DNA of 64,000 bases from a virus (taxonomy: Duplodnaviria > Caudoviricetes), in the IMG/VR virus record IMGVR_UViG_3300048998_000202. One strand, given 5' to 3'. Below the pieces are notes generated by a model that worked only from the letters and a program-made list of their open reading frames with translations, searched no databases and had not been told where the DNA came from. Positions 9,118 to 19,244 of this stretch are shown one piece after another (the first letter of the stretch is position 1; each line of letters opens with the position of its first letter). Both the position numbers and the translations under genes were made by a program.

Positions 9118-11685
9118 TCACCTACTCGCGTTGTAGTTGTAGGAGTTCAGCGGAGGAGCCGCCTCCCCGTTGGCCCCGGCGATACCGGTGGCCGAGGAGA
9201 TCTTCAGAAGCTGCTTGGCCGCGTCGGTCAAGTCCACGACGACCTGTCCGTTGGATCCGGTGCTCGTACCGGTGCCGAAGGTGGAGGCGTCGTCGGGGTT
9301 CTTCTTCTCCCAGTCGCTGAGGGACTGCCCGGTCTTTCCCGAAGACTTCGATGCCTCGGTGGTCCAGTCGGCCGAGGTGTTCACGCTGCCGGTGCCCAGA
9401 AGATCCTGGACCGTCTTGCCCTTCTCGTCGCCGGACACGAATTCCACCGACCCCGAAGACAGTTCGTTGGGGTGGTTCTTGATCGCGTCCGACAGGCTCA
9501 TGACCCGCTCGCCGGTAGAGGTGTGCACCAAGACCTTGGCCTTGTCCGGGTCGCTGACGCTCTGAAGCAGGTTTTCGAGCACCGGGTTGCGCTGACCGGA
9601 CTTCTGGTCGACGGACTTCTTGTACGCCTGGAGGGCCTTGCTGTCGCCCTTGTCTGTGCCGACGTCGCCGACAAGACCGGCGGTAGCGGCCTCCAGGAGA
9701 CTGCCGCCGATCTTCGCGGCGGTACTGGAGCCGGTGTCGACCTTTGTGCTGAAGTTCTGGTAGAGGCCGCTGCTGGAGTCCTTCGATGCCGTCTTGGCTG
9801 CCGACGACGACATCGGTGAGGTGCTGGAGGAGTTCTTCTGGGCGTTGGCCAGGTCCCCGTTGTTGCCCGCGATGAGGTTGAAGGCGTATCCCAGCGCCTC
9901 GGTGGGGTCGGAGGAGGTGACGATGCCGAAGGCCGAGAGCTGCTGCTGGATGACCGAGAGATTGTGATTGGGGAACGCCTGAAGGAAGGCGGGCACGATG
10001 CTCAGCGCCGAGTTCGGATCCAGCTTGCCACCGAGGCTTTTCGCCTTCGCGTTGACCCAGTCGATCTCGTCCTGGGTGAAGATCTGGCTCAGCAGGGCCA
10101 GGTTCTCCCCCGCGCGGGCCTGGGAGGCCGCCAGCGGGTTGGTGGTCTGCATGGCCGTGTACTGGTTGTAGGTCATCCCCGCGTTGGAGGAGGCCATGTA
10201 GGTGTACTGCTGAGACATCTGGCCGCTGAGGTCGATGCTCTCGTAACTGCGGCCCAGAGAAGTCTTGCCCATCTGGAGGTTCGCAGCAGTGGGGACGGAC
10301 CCGGCGCCGTAACCGGCCTGCAAGCCGGTCTGCATCAAACTCATGAGTTGGGAGCGGGCCATCTGGGCGTTGACGCCCGCGCTACCAGCCGTATCGGAGA
10401 TATCCTTGAGGGCCTTGTTCAGTTCGTTGAGGTTGACGGTGGAGTTCTTGGACGCCTTCTCCAAGGTGCTGAGCGATTCGTTGACCGAAGCGCCGTAGCT
10501 GGATTTGGCATGGTAGGCGAAGTCCAAAGCGTCCTGCCGACCACCCTGGGAGGAAAAGGCGTCGTCCACCCGGTTGTTGTATCCCAGCCGGGTGACGCCC
10601 TTGAATGCCGTACGCGCCTCGTCACCGCTGAAGATGGACTGCGCGCTGAGTGCGTACGCCTCCTCGTGGCCCCGCTCGGCGAATCCGCTGAAGTTCGAAC
10701 CGCCTTCGACGTTCTGGTAATAGGCGTTCTTGTCCCGCTGGTTCCGCATTTCCCCGATGCCACCAGTGACCAGGGAGGCCCCGGGAATGTTGCGGCCGAG
10801 CCACCCCATGACTCCGCCACCCCCGCCGCCACTGTGGCTTCCTCCACCGCCAGCGCCATAGCCGCCGACTCCCCCGCCGCCACCTCCGCCATGACCTCCT
10901 CCGCCACCCGGGCCAGCTCCCGCTGCACCGTAGGGCCCGTACGGGCCGTACGGGCCGAGGGGGGATCCGTTGCCGCCGAAATAGATGGGGTTGGGGGGCA
11001 TACCCGCCGGTCCCATGCCGTACGGGCCGGAGCCCAACTGGCCTCCGTTGCCGTTGCCCCCTCCGTTGCCTCCTCCACCGCCCTGGTTGCCACCGCCCTG
11101 CCCGGCCCTCCAGAACGGGGACCAGACCCCCAGGGCCGCCCTGCTGAGGGACTGGTGGACCTGCTGAGTGGTCTGGTTGCCCAGCGTGGAGAAGGTGGTG
11201 CCCCATCCGGCTGCCGTCATCGGGAAACGGGTGTGGGTCTGGATCAGGTTCTGAATCGTGGTCATGCCCGGAGTCGGGCCGCTGGGAGGAGCCGTGGAAG
11301 GCCCTCTGCCGGTCGTGGAGCCCGCCGGAGGCCCGGGAGGCAGCACGACGCCGGAGATGACGTTCTGGCCCCCCACGGGGGGCGTGACGATGCCCTGACC
11401 GGAGACGCTCCATGCGCCTGCGCCGCCCATGCTCTGGTTGGTGGTCTGCCCGGCCTGGAAGCCGCCTCCGAGGTTCTGCCGGGCCTGGGCCGCCTGGGCC
11501 GCCACCCCGGGACCGGTGGCGAAGGTCTGCGCCATGTGCAGGGACTGCTGGGCGGAACTGCGCAGGTCGTTGAGTACCCGCTGTTGGGCGGCCTGTCCCC
11601 GGATGAACAGTTCGAAGAAGCGCCCCAGGTCCAGGTTGTCCCCGCTGACGCCGGAATCCGGCTCTCCGTTGGCCATTACAGCCAC
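9118..11685 (-). CDS. Tape measure protein (Gly-rich N-terminus)
   Basis: 855 aa, Ala/Gly/Ser/Gln-rich, directly follows the frameshifted chaperone. Confidence 0.7.
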   Translation of the reverse strand: MAVMANGEPDSGVSGDNLDLGRFFELFIRGQAAQQRVLNDLRSSAQQSLHMAQTFATGPGVAAQAAQARQNLGGGFQAGQTTNQSMGGAGAWSVSGQGIVTPPVGGQNVISGVVLPPGPPAGSTTGRGPSTAPPSGPTPGMTTIQNLIQTHTRFPMTAAGWGTTFSTLGNQTTQQVHQSLSRAALGVWSPFWRAGQGGGNQGGGGGNGGGNGNGGQLGSGPYGMGPAGMPPNPIYFGGNGSPLGPYGPYGPYGAAGAGPGGGGGHGGGGGGGVGGYGAGGGGSHSGGGGGGVMGWLGRNIPGASLVTGGIGEMRNQRDKNAYYQNVEGGSNFSGFAERGHEEAYALSAQSIFSGDEARTAFKGVTRLGYNNRVDDAFSSQGGRQDALDFAYHAKSSYGASVNESLSTLEKASKNSTVNLNELNKALKDISDTAGSAGVNAQMARSQLMSLMQTGLQAGYGAGSVPTAANLQMGKTSLGRSYESIDLSGQMSQQYTYMASSNAGMTYNQYTAMQTTNPLAASQARAGENLALLSQIFTQDEIDWVNAKAKSLGGKLDPNSALSIVPAFLQAFPNHNLSVIQQQLSAFGIVTSSDPTEALGYAFNLIAGNNGDLANAQKNSSSTSPMSSSAAKTASKDSSSGLYQNFSTKVDTGSSTAAKIGGSLLEAATAGLVGDVGTDKGDSKALQAYKKSVDQKSGQRNPVLENLLQSVSDPDKAKVLVHTSTGERVMSLSDAIKNHPNELSSGSVEFVSGDEKGKTVQDLLGTGSVNTSADWTTEASKSSGKTGQSLSDWEKKNPDDASTFGTGTSTGSNGQVVVDLTDAAKQLLKISSATGIAGANGEAAPPLNSYNYNASR

Positions 11686-12670
11686 TCCCTGTCCTGCTCG
11701 ATGTCGGCACGGGCGATCTCACGCGGGGCGGAGAGCATGGTCGACGTCTCCGGAGGATCGGGAGGACCCGTCAGGCCAGAGACCGTCACCGTGTTGTCGG
11801 CCAGCATCCGCTGGAGGATCTCCAGCTCGTCTTCGGCCGGAACTCCGAACTGCACGTCGCTGTAGTCCAGGTCGGTGTCTGCGTCATTGACGGCGGTCCC
11901 CTCAGGCACCTCTGAGGACGAGAAGTAGTCCCGGAAGACGATCTTCTCTTCGTACCCACCACTGGCGACGAGAGACCCTCGCACCACCGCGTCCAACAGC
12001 GCCGTATGCCGGGCTTCCCGCTGGCCCTGGCGCTGCATGGCGGCCAAACCGTCGGCGTAGGTGAGATAGGACAGCCCGAGTACGGCGACCTCCGAGAGGT
12101 TGTCGCCGGTCAGTAGCCCCCGGGCCTGAGCCAGTCTCAGATGTCGCTCGACGAAAGGTTCGAGTCCTCGGGGGCCGATGCTTTTCCCATGGCGTCAAGC
12201 ACCCTCATCGCCAGGTCCTCAAGGATCAGGTAGCGGTTGAAGACCACGTCGATGGTGGACGAGTACCAGTTGTCCTTGACGTAATCGAAGCGCTGGCGCC
12301 CCCATTCGTGGGCACGCTTGGTTTCGCCGATGGGTATCGGGAGATCGTCCCCGTCCACTCCCGTGATGCACATGCCGACCATGGCGTTGGCGTAGGCGCG
12401 GTCCGCACCCATCGTCTCGATGTAGGGCTTGATGATCGTGGCGACAGCCAGCTTCTCACCATCCCGCAGGGTCCGGATGTCGAAGGAGTGCCCGAGCCAG
12501 TCGAAGTTGTCCGCGAGCGCGCCCAGGTACAGCAGTCCCTTGAAGGGCTCCGCGTGCTTGGCGTCGAACGTCGGCAGAACGTTGCCCTCCGCATCACGGA
12601 GGGTGTCCGGTTCATCCTCCGAAGGGACCCCGAGTGTCGTCGGATCGTAGGACTTTGGTCCCGAATTCAT
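11676..12670 (-). CDS. Tail assembly chaperone, long form (G-T) made by -1 frameshift
   Basis: G-GGA-AAA at 12182-12188; the -1 frame reads KSIGPRGLEPFVERHLRLAQARG... continuously into the 11676..12047 ORF. Confidence 0.85.
12137..12670 (-). CDS. Tail assembly chaperone, short form (G)
   Basis: 177 aa, between tube and tape measure, slippery site near the 3' end. Confidence 0.85.
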   Translation of the reverse strand: MNSGPKSYDPTTLGVPSEDEPDTLRDAEGNVLPTFDAKHAEPFKGLLYLGALADNFDWLGHSFDIRTLRDGEKLAVATIIKPYIETMGADRAYANAMVGMCITGVDGDDLPIPIGETKRAHEWGRQRFDYVKDNWYSSTIDVVFNRYLILEDLAMRVLDAMGKASAPEDSNLSSSDI

Positions 12671-12705
12671 TTCACTCCCCGCATTTCCATGGTAACCATC
12701 CGCTT

Positions 12706-13179
12706 ATGACCAAGACTGCGAGCTCCTTCATCCGGGGGGACGACGAGGCCCGCTTCTGGTCCCACGTGGACCGGCGCGGCCCTGAGGAGTGCTGGCCCTG
12801 GACGGCGGGCACCGATCGGTGGGGATACGGCCAGTTCCGCGTGGAGGGACGTATCTGGCCCGCCCACCGCTGGGGCTACCACCACTTCGTCAAGCCCGTC
12901 CCGGACCATCTGACCATCGACCATGTAAAGGCATGGGGCTGCACCATAAGGCACTGCACCAACTTCCTGGCCCATATGGAAGTCGTCCCCGGCGACGTGA
13001 ATGTCATAAGGGGAAACGGCGTGTGCGCGATCAACGCGCGGAAGACGCACTGCAAACGCGGTCATCCGTTTTCCCCTTCCAACACCTTGATCCGCACCGA
13101 TGGGAGCCGGTACTGCCGTACCTGCAAATCCTTGCGTGAGCAGGGGCGCCTGGATCCCCTGCGCTTCGCCTCCTGCTGA
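12706..13179 (+). mobile_element. Free-standing HNH homing endonuclease
   Basis: RFWSHVD..ECWPW..GYGQF..AHRWGY..IDH..C.N..H plus KTHCKRGH and CRTC; opposite strand to its operon. Confidence 0.9.
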
Positions 13180-13183
13180 AGGG

Positions 13184-13690
13184 CTACTGGTTGAGGGCGC
13201 TCGTGTGGGTGTAGGCCACAGTGATGCCCTTGGTGACCGCCAGGCTGCCCACCGTGATGGTGTCGCCGTCGTTGATGTCCACGACGGTGCAGTTGTGGTA
13301 GTTCTTGCCGCGCCACGCCCCGGGGTTGTTCGTGGTTCCCGGAGGCTTGATCACCGTCTGGCAGGTGACGTAGTTCGGGTCGTTGGCCAGAGCAGCGAAG
13401 ATATCCACGATGTTCTTGGATCCGGCCAGACCCGAGAGCTGCTCCCACACGAAGGCGTTCCACAGTTCACGGATGGTCAGCATCAGGGTGCCGCCCTGGA
13501 GGACGCGGGAGGTCGCGATCTCCACGGGATGGGTGGCACCCAGGGGGTGGATGAACTGATAGGGCTGGCCGAGGTCGCTGAAGGCGCGTTGGCCGGAGTC
13601 CTCGACCCCCTCGCAGAAGGCGATGGCCTTCCCCTTGTAGAAGAACGTCGTGTAGCCACTTCCGACTACACGCACCTTCGTCTGAGGCAT
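13184..13690 (-). CDS. Tail tube protein
   Basis: 168 aa directly after the sheath gene. Confidence 0.8.
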   Translation of the reverse strand: MPQTKVRVVGSGYTTFFYKGKAIAFCEGVEDSGQRAFSDLGQPYQFIHPLGATHPVEIATSRVLQGGTLMLTIRELWNAFVWEQLSGLAGSKNIVDIFAALANDPNYVTCQTVIKPPGTTNNPGAWRGKNYHNCTVVDINDGDTITVGSLAVTKGITVAYTHTSALNQ

Positions 13691-13716
13691 TTTAAAATCT
13701 CCTAGTCAGCCGGAGG

Positions 13717-15276
13717 TCACGGAGTAGTCGTCGTGTCACTGGTGTCGGTGAGCGTCCCCGACGTCAGATCGATGGCGAACGTGACGGTGATGTAGTTCGC
13801 CGGGATCGCGGGCTCGTAGGAGAACTGGGCCTCGATGATCGAGGGATCCCCCTGCGGAGTGGCCTGCTGGCGAACCGCGACGTTGCCGTAACTGAGGATC
13901 ACGTTGTTGCTGATGGCGGTCTCCAGGATCCCCGTGAGGGCCCCCTTGACCTTGGTCGTCATGTCGGCGTCGATCGGCTGGCCGATGAGCCCGGCCGACT
14001 CCATGCCGGTCTGCACCAACTGGAAAAGGACGTCACCGATCCGGACCAGCGAGATCTCCCGGCTGGTCAGATCCGACATGTCCGTGGTGACCCCGTGCCG
14101 GATCTGGAGGACACCGCTCTGGGTCTGCTCCAGGACGGCCACACCAGCACTGGACAGCGAGTCCTTGAACACCCGAGTCTGCTGCTGGGCCAGGACGGCG
14201 GGCAGGCCGTTGAATCCGGTGACCGAGACGTGGGTCAGCCCGCGTTCGACATCTCCTCCGGCCAGGCGCCCGGCCATGGCCGCAGCCAGGTAGTAGCCGG
14301 AGACCGTGGTGGTCTGGGCCAGCAAGGAGTTGTAGAAGGAAAGCTGGTTGGGGTAGGCCAGCACGGTGCGCTTGGAGTGGATCGTGGTGGCCAGGACATC
14401 GAACCCCCGGGTGACCACGTCGTAGTTCGTCTCCACACCGACGAAGGCCATCCGGCCGAAGCCGTCGGCCGAAGCGTTCACACAGTGCGTGTTGACGTCC
14501 TGGACCAGAGCCAGGACGGCGTCTGCGCTGTGCGCGTTGGCCGCATCCCCTCCGTCCTCCGGAGACCCGTCCACGAACAGGGGGACGATCAGCGACGCCT
14601 CGTACCTCGCCTGAAGCTTGGCGTACGCCGCGAGGAACTGGTCCTTGATCGTGCCATCGGCCGGATTGGTGGCCAGCGCGAGCACCGTGGAGGCGCCATT
14701 GGCCATGGCCATCTGGGCGGCCAGGGTCAGCGCACAGATCACCTGGGAGGTGTTCGGGTTGGTTGGGGCCGAGGCCGTCAGGGCCGAGCCGTACGTCGCC
14801 GAGATCTGGCTGGGGTCGGTGAACTTCTGCGGGCTGTAGTAGTTCGTGTCGGCATAGCTGTAGGTCACGTAGACCACGGCGCCGTCGGTCAGGCCGTTCG
14901 GGGAGGGCCCTGACGGGGTTCCTGTGGTGCCCAGGCGGTGGATGTAGGTCACGGCGTTGGCCGCTCCCCCACCGCCGGAGGTGTCGACCACGAAGGTGTA
15001 GTCGGTGCCGTAGACCATGGTCGCCCCGGCGACGTTCTTCACCACGGGGGCGCCGATGGCCGGGGGGCCGGTGACTGCGGTGACGAAGATGCCCCGCTTG
15101 GACAGTGCCGTGTTCGAGTTCCAGTAGACCTGGACCACATCGGTGCTGGTTTGGTAACCCTGTGCCGGACCGACCACCGTCACGATGCCCGTGGGGACGG
15201 TGGTCGGTGTCACCACCGGTAGGGACGTGTCCTGCACGTACACGCCAGGCGGTACGTACGAAGTGAAGTCCGGCAT
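13717..15276 (-). CDS. Tail sheath protein
   Basis: YVPPGVYVQD N-terminus; IRHGVTT..REISLVR and PANYITVTF C-terminal sheath motifs. Confidence 0.92.
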   Translation of the reverse strand: MPDFTSYVPPGVYVQDTSLPVVTPTTVPTGIVTVVGPAQGYQTSTDVVQVYWNSNTALSKRGIFVTAVTGPPAIGAPVVKNVAGATMVYGTDYTFVVDTSGGGGAANAVTYIHRLGTTGTPSGPSPNGLTDGAVVYVTYSYADTNYYSPQKFTDPSQISATYGSALTASAPTNPNTSQVICALTLAAQMAMANGASTVLALATNPADGTIKDQFLAAYAKLQARYEASLIVPLFVDGSPEDGGDAANAHSADAVLALVQDVNTHCVNASADGFGRMAFVGVETNYDVVTRGFDVLATTIHSKRTVLAYPNQLSFYNSLLAQTTTVSGYYLAAAMAGRLAGGDVERGLTHVSVTGFNGLPAVLAQQQTRVFKDSLSSAGVAVLEQTQSGVLQIRHGVTTDMSDLTSREISLVRIGDVLFQLVQTGMESAGLIGQPIDADMTTKVKGALTGILETAISNNVILSYGNVAVRQQATPQGDPSIIEAQFSYEPAIPANYITVTFAIDLTSGTLTDTSDTTTTP

Positions 15277-15349
15277 TACATACCCTCCGGGACCGGTTAG
15301 ATCGCGCTTCCACCCCTTCCGAGGAGCGGGGTCCGAGAGGACAGGAGGG

Positions 15350-16012
15350 TCAGTGCCACTCGGAGAACTGGCCTCCGGTGAGGTCCACTCCGTCTACCGG
15401 GGTGTACGTGAGCTCTCCCGGCAGCTCTTCTACGGGGATCATCACGATCTTGGAGAGGTTGATCAAAGTGCCTGCCGCCGGATCCGGGACGAACTCTCCG
15501 ATGATCTCCAGATTCAGGGACTTCTCGTACATGATCTCGTCGGTGCCCCAGGGGGTACCGGGAGCGGCCCCGTTGCCGCGCCCTTCGATCTTGTCCGTGT
15601 TGAGGGTCGCGGCGATCAGATCGTTGGAGGCGATGGTGTTCTTGAAGCGGCCGACGATGCCGTCTTCATTGCTGAAGGCCACCACTCGCACCAGCTCGTC
15701 ATAGAGCCGGTCTCGCTCCAGTGACGTCATGGCCACCGCCGTGAGGGAGACGTAGCCCTGAAACCGCCAGCGGGTGAAGGGGGCGACCGGAGTGGTGTCG
15801 TCGTTGGGATTGACGTACTCCAGGTGCCCGATGCCCGCACGCAGCAGTGGTTGGGTGTCCTCGAAGTCGATCCAGACCGAGGGGTAGTCCTGCTCGGCGA
15901 CCGGGTATTCCAGACCGATACGGATCCCCCGGAACTCCGGTACCGGATAGGACTCGTCGAAGGTCAGCGTGAGGGCCTCGTCCAAGAGGGTTTTCAGCGG
16001 GGCGACGTACAT
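15350..16012 (-). CDS. Tail terminator/completion protein
   Basis: Position upstream of the sheath; ERDRLYD motif. Confidence 0.6.
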   Translation of the reverse strand: MYVAPLKTLLDEALTLTFDESYPVPEFRGIRIGLEYPVAEQDYPSVWIDFEDTQPLLRAGIGHLEYVNPNDDTTPVAPFTRWRFQGYVSLTAVAMTSLERDRLYDELVRVVAFSNEDGIVGRFKNTIASNDLIAATLNTDKIEGRGNGAAPGTPWGTDEIMYEKSLNLEIIGEFVPDPAAGTLINLSKIVMIPVEELPGELTYTPVDGVDLTGGQFSEWH

Positions 16013-16016
16013 GGGA

Positions 16017-16724
16017 TCAGCTCACCTTCAGCCGGGACCGCCAGGTGCCGTCGGCCAGATAGACACGGGTGGGGAGAATGCCGTTCCACTGTGCGGCCAA
16101 AGTGACCGCATTATTCAAGAACAGCCGGGGTTCGATACCCGGGTGCCGCCAGCGCACGCCGACGTTCCCCCGGGAGATCTGGCCGCCCTGTTTCCCGTTC
16201 CTGGTCCAGGGGGCTGATGCTTCCCGGTTGGCGATCCGGCCCGGGGCACCGGGGTAGGACGCGGGCTTGTCGGAGATGACGACGCGGTTGCCCTGCCGGT
16301 CCTTGCCGTACTTGGTGATCCGCTGGCCGATGTTGGCCACCTTGCGGAAGATCAGCACCTGCGTCTTGCCGGACATGGTGACCCGGACCTTGGCCTTGGG
16401 GTTCTTCGCCCGCTCCTGGCCAGTGGGGTCGTTGATCCACATGGGAATGGTCTTACCGGCGAGATTCCTCATGGTGAAGGGACGAATTCCGTGGTCCTGA
16501 AAGAACACATAGGAGTCGGCCCACCAAATTCCGAAATACCCTTTTCCGTAGATCGGCTGGAGCCGGGCTGCGCTGGAACCGGACATCTTCGGCATTTTTC
16601 TACGGCATTCCCGTACGGCTGCAAGCGCGCACGATCGGGCCCGGCCCGGCGTCATCTTGGGGACGACCATGATGATTCGGTCCGGATTTTCCGCGATTCT
16701 CAGTTCGGCCGTTTCCAAAAGCAA
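16017..16724 (-). CDS. Basic neck/virion morphogenesis protein
   Basis: YVFFQDHGIRPF and WRHPGIEPRLFL resemble HK97 gp10-like proteins. Confidence 0.55.
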   Translation of the reverse strand: MLLETAELRIAENPDRIIMVVPKMTPGRARSCALAAVRECRRKMPKMSGSSAARLQPIYGKGYFGIWWADSYVFFQDHGIRPFTMRNLAGKTIPMWINDPTGQERAKNPKAKVRVTMSGKTQVLIFRKVANIGQRITKYGKDRQGNRVVISDKPASYPGAPGRIANREASAPWTRNGKQGGQISRGNVGVRWRHPGIEPRLFLNNAVTLAAQWNGILPTRVYLADGTWRSRLKVS

Positions 16725-16753
16725 TATTATCGCCCACCCAAGTAGGTCAGTCC

Positions 16754-17509
16754 TCAGTCCAGGCCCGAGTCGTGATGCTCGTTCCAGTCGTCCTCGTCCT
16801 CGTAGTTGTCCGAGTCGTCGTGTCCGAGGTCCTCTTCGCCCACCACGGAGAAGCCGTGCTTGGACCGCATGTCATCGTCGAAATTGCCCCGCAGATTGCC
16901 GTGCTCGTCGCGAGCGGGGTCCTTCTCTACTGGTCCCCTGGGCTCAACCTGATAGACGTGGGGACGCACGCCATCATGCATTTCGGCTGCACGATCGGCG
17001 TAGTGCTCAGCCCACTTCCGGCTGGTGGCGTAGGCATAGCCGGGCTCATGGATACCGCCGTTGTTGCCGAAGGTCCCCCTGGTCCCGTGGTTGGGGTGGA
17101 TGTGCTCCAGGTCTGCTTCGGTGCTGCCGTGGTAGTACATCGGGGCGGTGCCGGACTCGTTCGAGGACTGGTCGTGGATGTGCACCGGCACCTCGCCGTG
17201 CCCGGCGTCGCGCAGGGCGTGCAGCAGGTGCTCGTGGTGGTCGTTCGGGTGGTCCGGGTGGGCCTCGGTCCCGCGCGAGTGCGTGTAGAGGTTCTCTCCG
17301 TTGTCGGTGACGTTGATCCCGAGCTGGCCGTGTCGTTTCGGGTTGTAGCCGTGCTGCTTGATCGAGCTGGCCAGCTCGTCGATGTGCTTGCCGTTCAGCT
17401 CGTACCGGCTCTTGTCCCCCTCCATGTCCCCGGGGTGGATGTGCTCCTCGGAGTCCTGGGGAGCCCAGGAGGCCGTACGGACCATGGCAGTACGCCAGAG
17501 AAGGCTCAT
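16754..17509 (-). CDS. His/Asp-rich protein with an Arr-like ADP-ribosyltransferase domain and a degenerate ParB-like N-terminus
   Basis: YYHGS...YAYAT...A..YA...VYQVEPRGPVEKDP resembles Arr (HGT...Y.T...VEP.G.IEDDP). Confidence 0.65.
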   Translation of the reverse strand: MSLLWRTAMVRTASWAPQDSEEHIHPGDMEGDKSRYELNGKHIDELASSIKQHGYNPKRHGQLGINVTDNGENLYTHSRGTEAHPDHPNDHHEHLLHALRDAGHGEVPVHIHDQSSNESGTAPMYYHGSTEADLEHIHPNHGTRGTFGNNGGIHEPGYAYATSRKWAEHYADRAAEMHDGVRPHVYQVEPRGPVEKDPARDEHGNLRGNFDDDMRSKHGFSVVGEEDLGHDDSDNYEDEDDWNEHHDSGLD

Positions 17510-18270
17510 CAGTGGTAGTCCCCGTAGTGCTCGTAGTCCTCGTGGTCGGGCATGAGACCCTCGGAGTCGGGCAGGCCGCCGTGCTTGTCGGCGTTGAAGT
17601 GCCAGGCGTCGATGTGGTGGTCACCGCGCTGGAGGGCGGCTCCGACCCGGTGGTGGCCTTCGATGGTGTGCAGGCGTCCCCCGTGGGTGACCATCAGAGG
17701 CGCCTCGTCCCCCAGGTACCGGCCGCTGCCGTTGTCGTTGTGGGTGGGGGCGCTGGGATGAAACTTGTACTTGTCCAGGTGGTTCTGGGAGACGTGGCTC
17801 TGGGTGGCGTAGACCGGCTGGCTCTTGATGTCCACCGGCTCATGGGTGGCGTGCTGGTGCCAGAAGGACTTGTTGGTGCCGTGGTTGCCCACGAAGTCCA
17901 TCAACTCGTCATCCTCGTGGTCCGGAGTGCTCTCCTGCCGGGACTTGCGCTTCTTCTCGTCGATGGCGTTGTCGTACGCCTCGTTGTGCCGGTCCTGGTA
18001 CTCCTCCGGGTACTCCCCGTGTTCCTCGTTGTGGGCCTCCTCCTCCGGCGTGGGCTCTGGCCGGGTGCTGTCGTGGAGGTCCTCGTCGAAGCCGTCATTC
18101 TCCTCGTCATCGTCCTCGTCGTGTCCATAGTCCTCGGCTCGCTCCGGAGACATGTCCACGTATCCGGCGAACCCGGCGTTACGAACGGAGTGCACGACGG
18201 GATGGTGCTCACCGTTCTCGGTGTGCCACGCCATGGCCTCCCGTTGAACCCGAGCAAAGAGCAAGCTCAT
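17509..18270 (-). CDS. His/acidic protein with a ParB/Srx-like domain
   Basis: PLMVTHGGRLHTIEGHHRVGAA motif. Confidence 0.65.
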   Translation of the reverse strand: MSLLFARVQREAMAWHTENGEHHPVVHSVRNAGFAGYVDMSPERAEDYGHDEDDDEENDGFDEDLHDSTRPEPTPEEEAHNEEHGEYPEEYQDRHNEAYDNAIDEKKRKSRQESTPDHEDDELMDFVGNHGTNKSFWHQHATHEPVDIKSQPVYATQSHVSQNHLDKYKFHPSAPTHNDNGSGRYLGDEAPLMVTHGGRLHTIEGHHRVGAALQRGDHHIDAWHFNADKHGGLPDSEGLMPDHEDYEHYGDYH

Positions 18271-18282
18271 TTTAAAATCTTT

Positions 18283-18990
18283 CTAAGCGAGGTCGTCAAC
18301 GGGGATGAGTGGAGAGCGGATGATTTCGTAGGCGGAGAATGACACCGGCTCGGTCACGGAGACGCTGAGGATCTGGACAAGATCATCGGCGTTCGGGGGG
18401 ATCAGGTACGCCACGGTGCTGTAGTCCTCCAGCGACGCCCTGGCGTGGTTGTATCCCACGGCCATGGAGCGCTGGTAGGGGGTGGCGAAGCCGGTGCGGA
18501 GGGTGATGCGCTCGGGCACCCGCAGGAAGAACCGGTGTCCGGTGGAGCGGAAGCAGTAGTCCCCCGTACGGACGCGGAAGTCGGGCGTGGATTCCATGTC
18601 CAGGTCGTCACTGGAGACCACACCACGCGCCTGGTACTTCATGTCCTCGTCGGTGTCGCCGAAGATCGCCGGGCGCACGATGATCGCCTTGAATCCGCCC
18701 TCGAAGGTCGTCCCGAAGCAGTCGGGGCATTTGTTGCGTTCGCCCTGCTGGTACGCCTGCGAGAAGCGGTTGTAGCAGACCGAGCAGCGCGCCACGAGGC
18801 CGTTCTGGAAGTCCTCCAGGTGCCACATGAGCGTGAACATCGTCCACTCACCCACCGTGTACAGGGCCTGGAGGTGCCGCTGGCGCTCCTGGTCCACCGC
18901 CCAGCGCTGCGGCTGGCGGATGTAGTAGGGCTGGAGGGTTGCGCGACTGTGCGGCACCATCCCGTTCGGCTGAGGGATCCCCAGGGGCAT
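18283..18990 (-). CDS. Head closure/head-tail joining protein with Zn finger
   Basis: CSVC and CPDCFGT motifs; synteny. Confidence 0.55.
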   Translation of the reverse strand: MPLGIPQPNGMVPHSRATLQPYYIRQPQRWAVDQERQRHLQALYTVGEWTMFTLMWHLEDFQNGLVARCSVCYNRFSQAYQQGERNKCPDCFGTTFEGGFKAIIVRPAIFGDTDEDMKYQARGVVSSDDLDMESTPDFRVRTGDYCFRSTGHRFFLRVPERITLRTGFATPYQRSMAVGYNHARASLEDYSTVAYLIPPNADDLVQILSVSVTEPVSFSAYEIIRSPLIPVDDLA

Positions 18991-18998
18991 GGTGTCTC

Positions 18999-19244
18999 CT
19001 ACTCGACCGGACGCAAGGTGACCTGGGACGGAGTCACTTCGAGCTGCATTCCGTATCGGGCGAGCACCTCGGAGATCTCCTGAGAACAGGCGACCATGCG
19101 CTGCTGCTGCTCTTCGGCGAGGAGCTGGCGAGCCGCCGTCAGTGCGTCGCCTTCGACGGCGGATGCCGAAGGCGACCCTTCCTCCAGGTGGTTGCTGTGC
19201 ATTCCGTCCTCCGGGGTCATGCGATCTTCGTGACGCGCAGCCAC
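18999..19244 (-). CDS. Small hypothetical protein (fibre chaperone-like)
   Basis: Coiled-coil ORF overlapping the end of the fibre gene. Confidence 0.5.
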   Translation of the reverse strand: MAARHEDRMTPEDGMHSNHLEEGSPSASAVEGDALTAARQLLAEEQQQRMVACSQEISEVLARYGMQLEVTPSQVTLRPVE

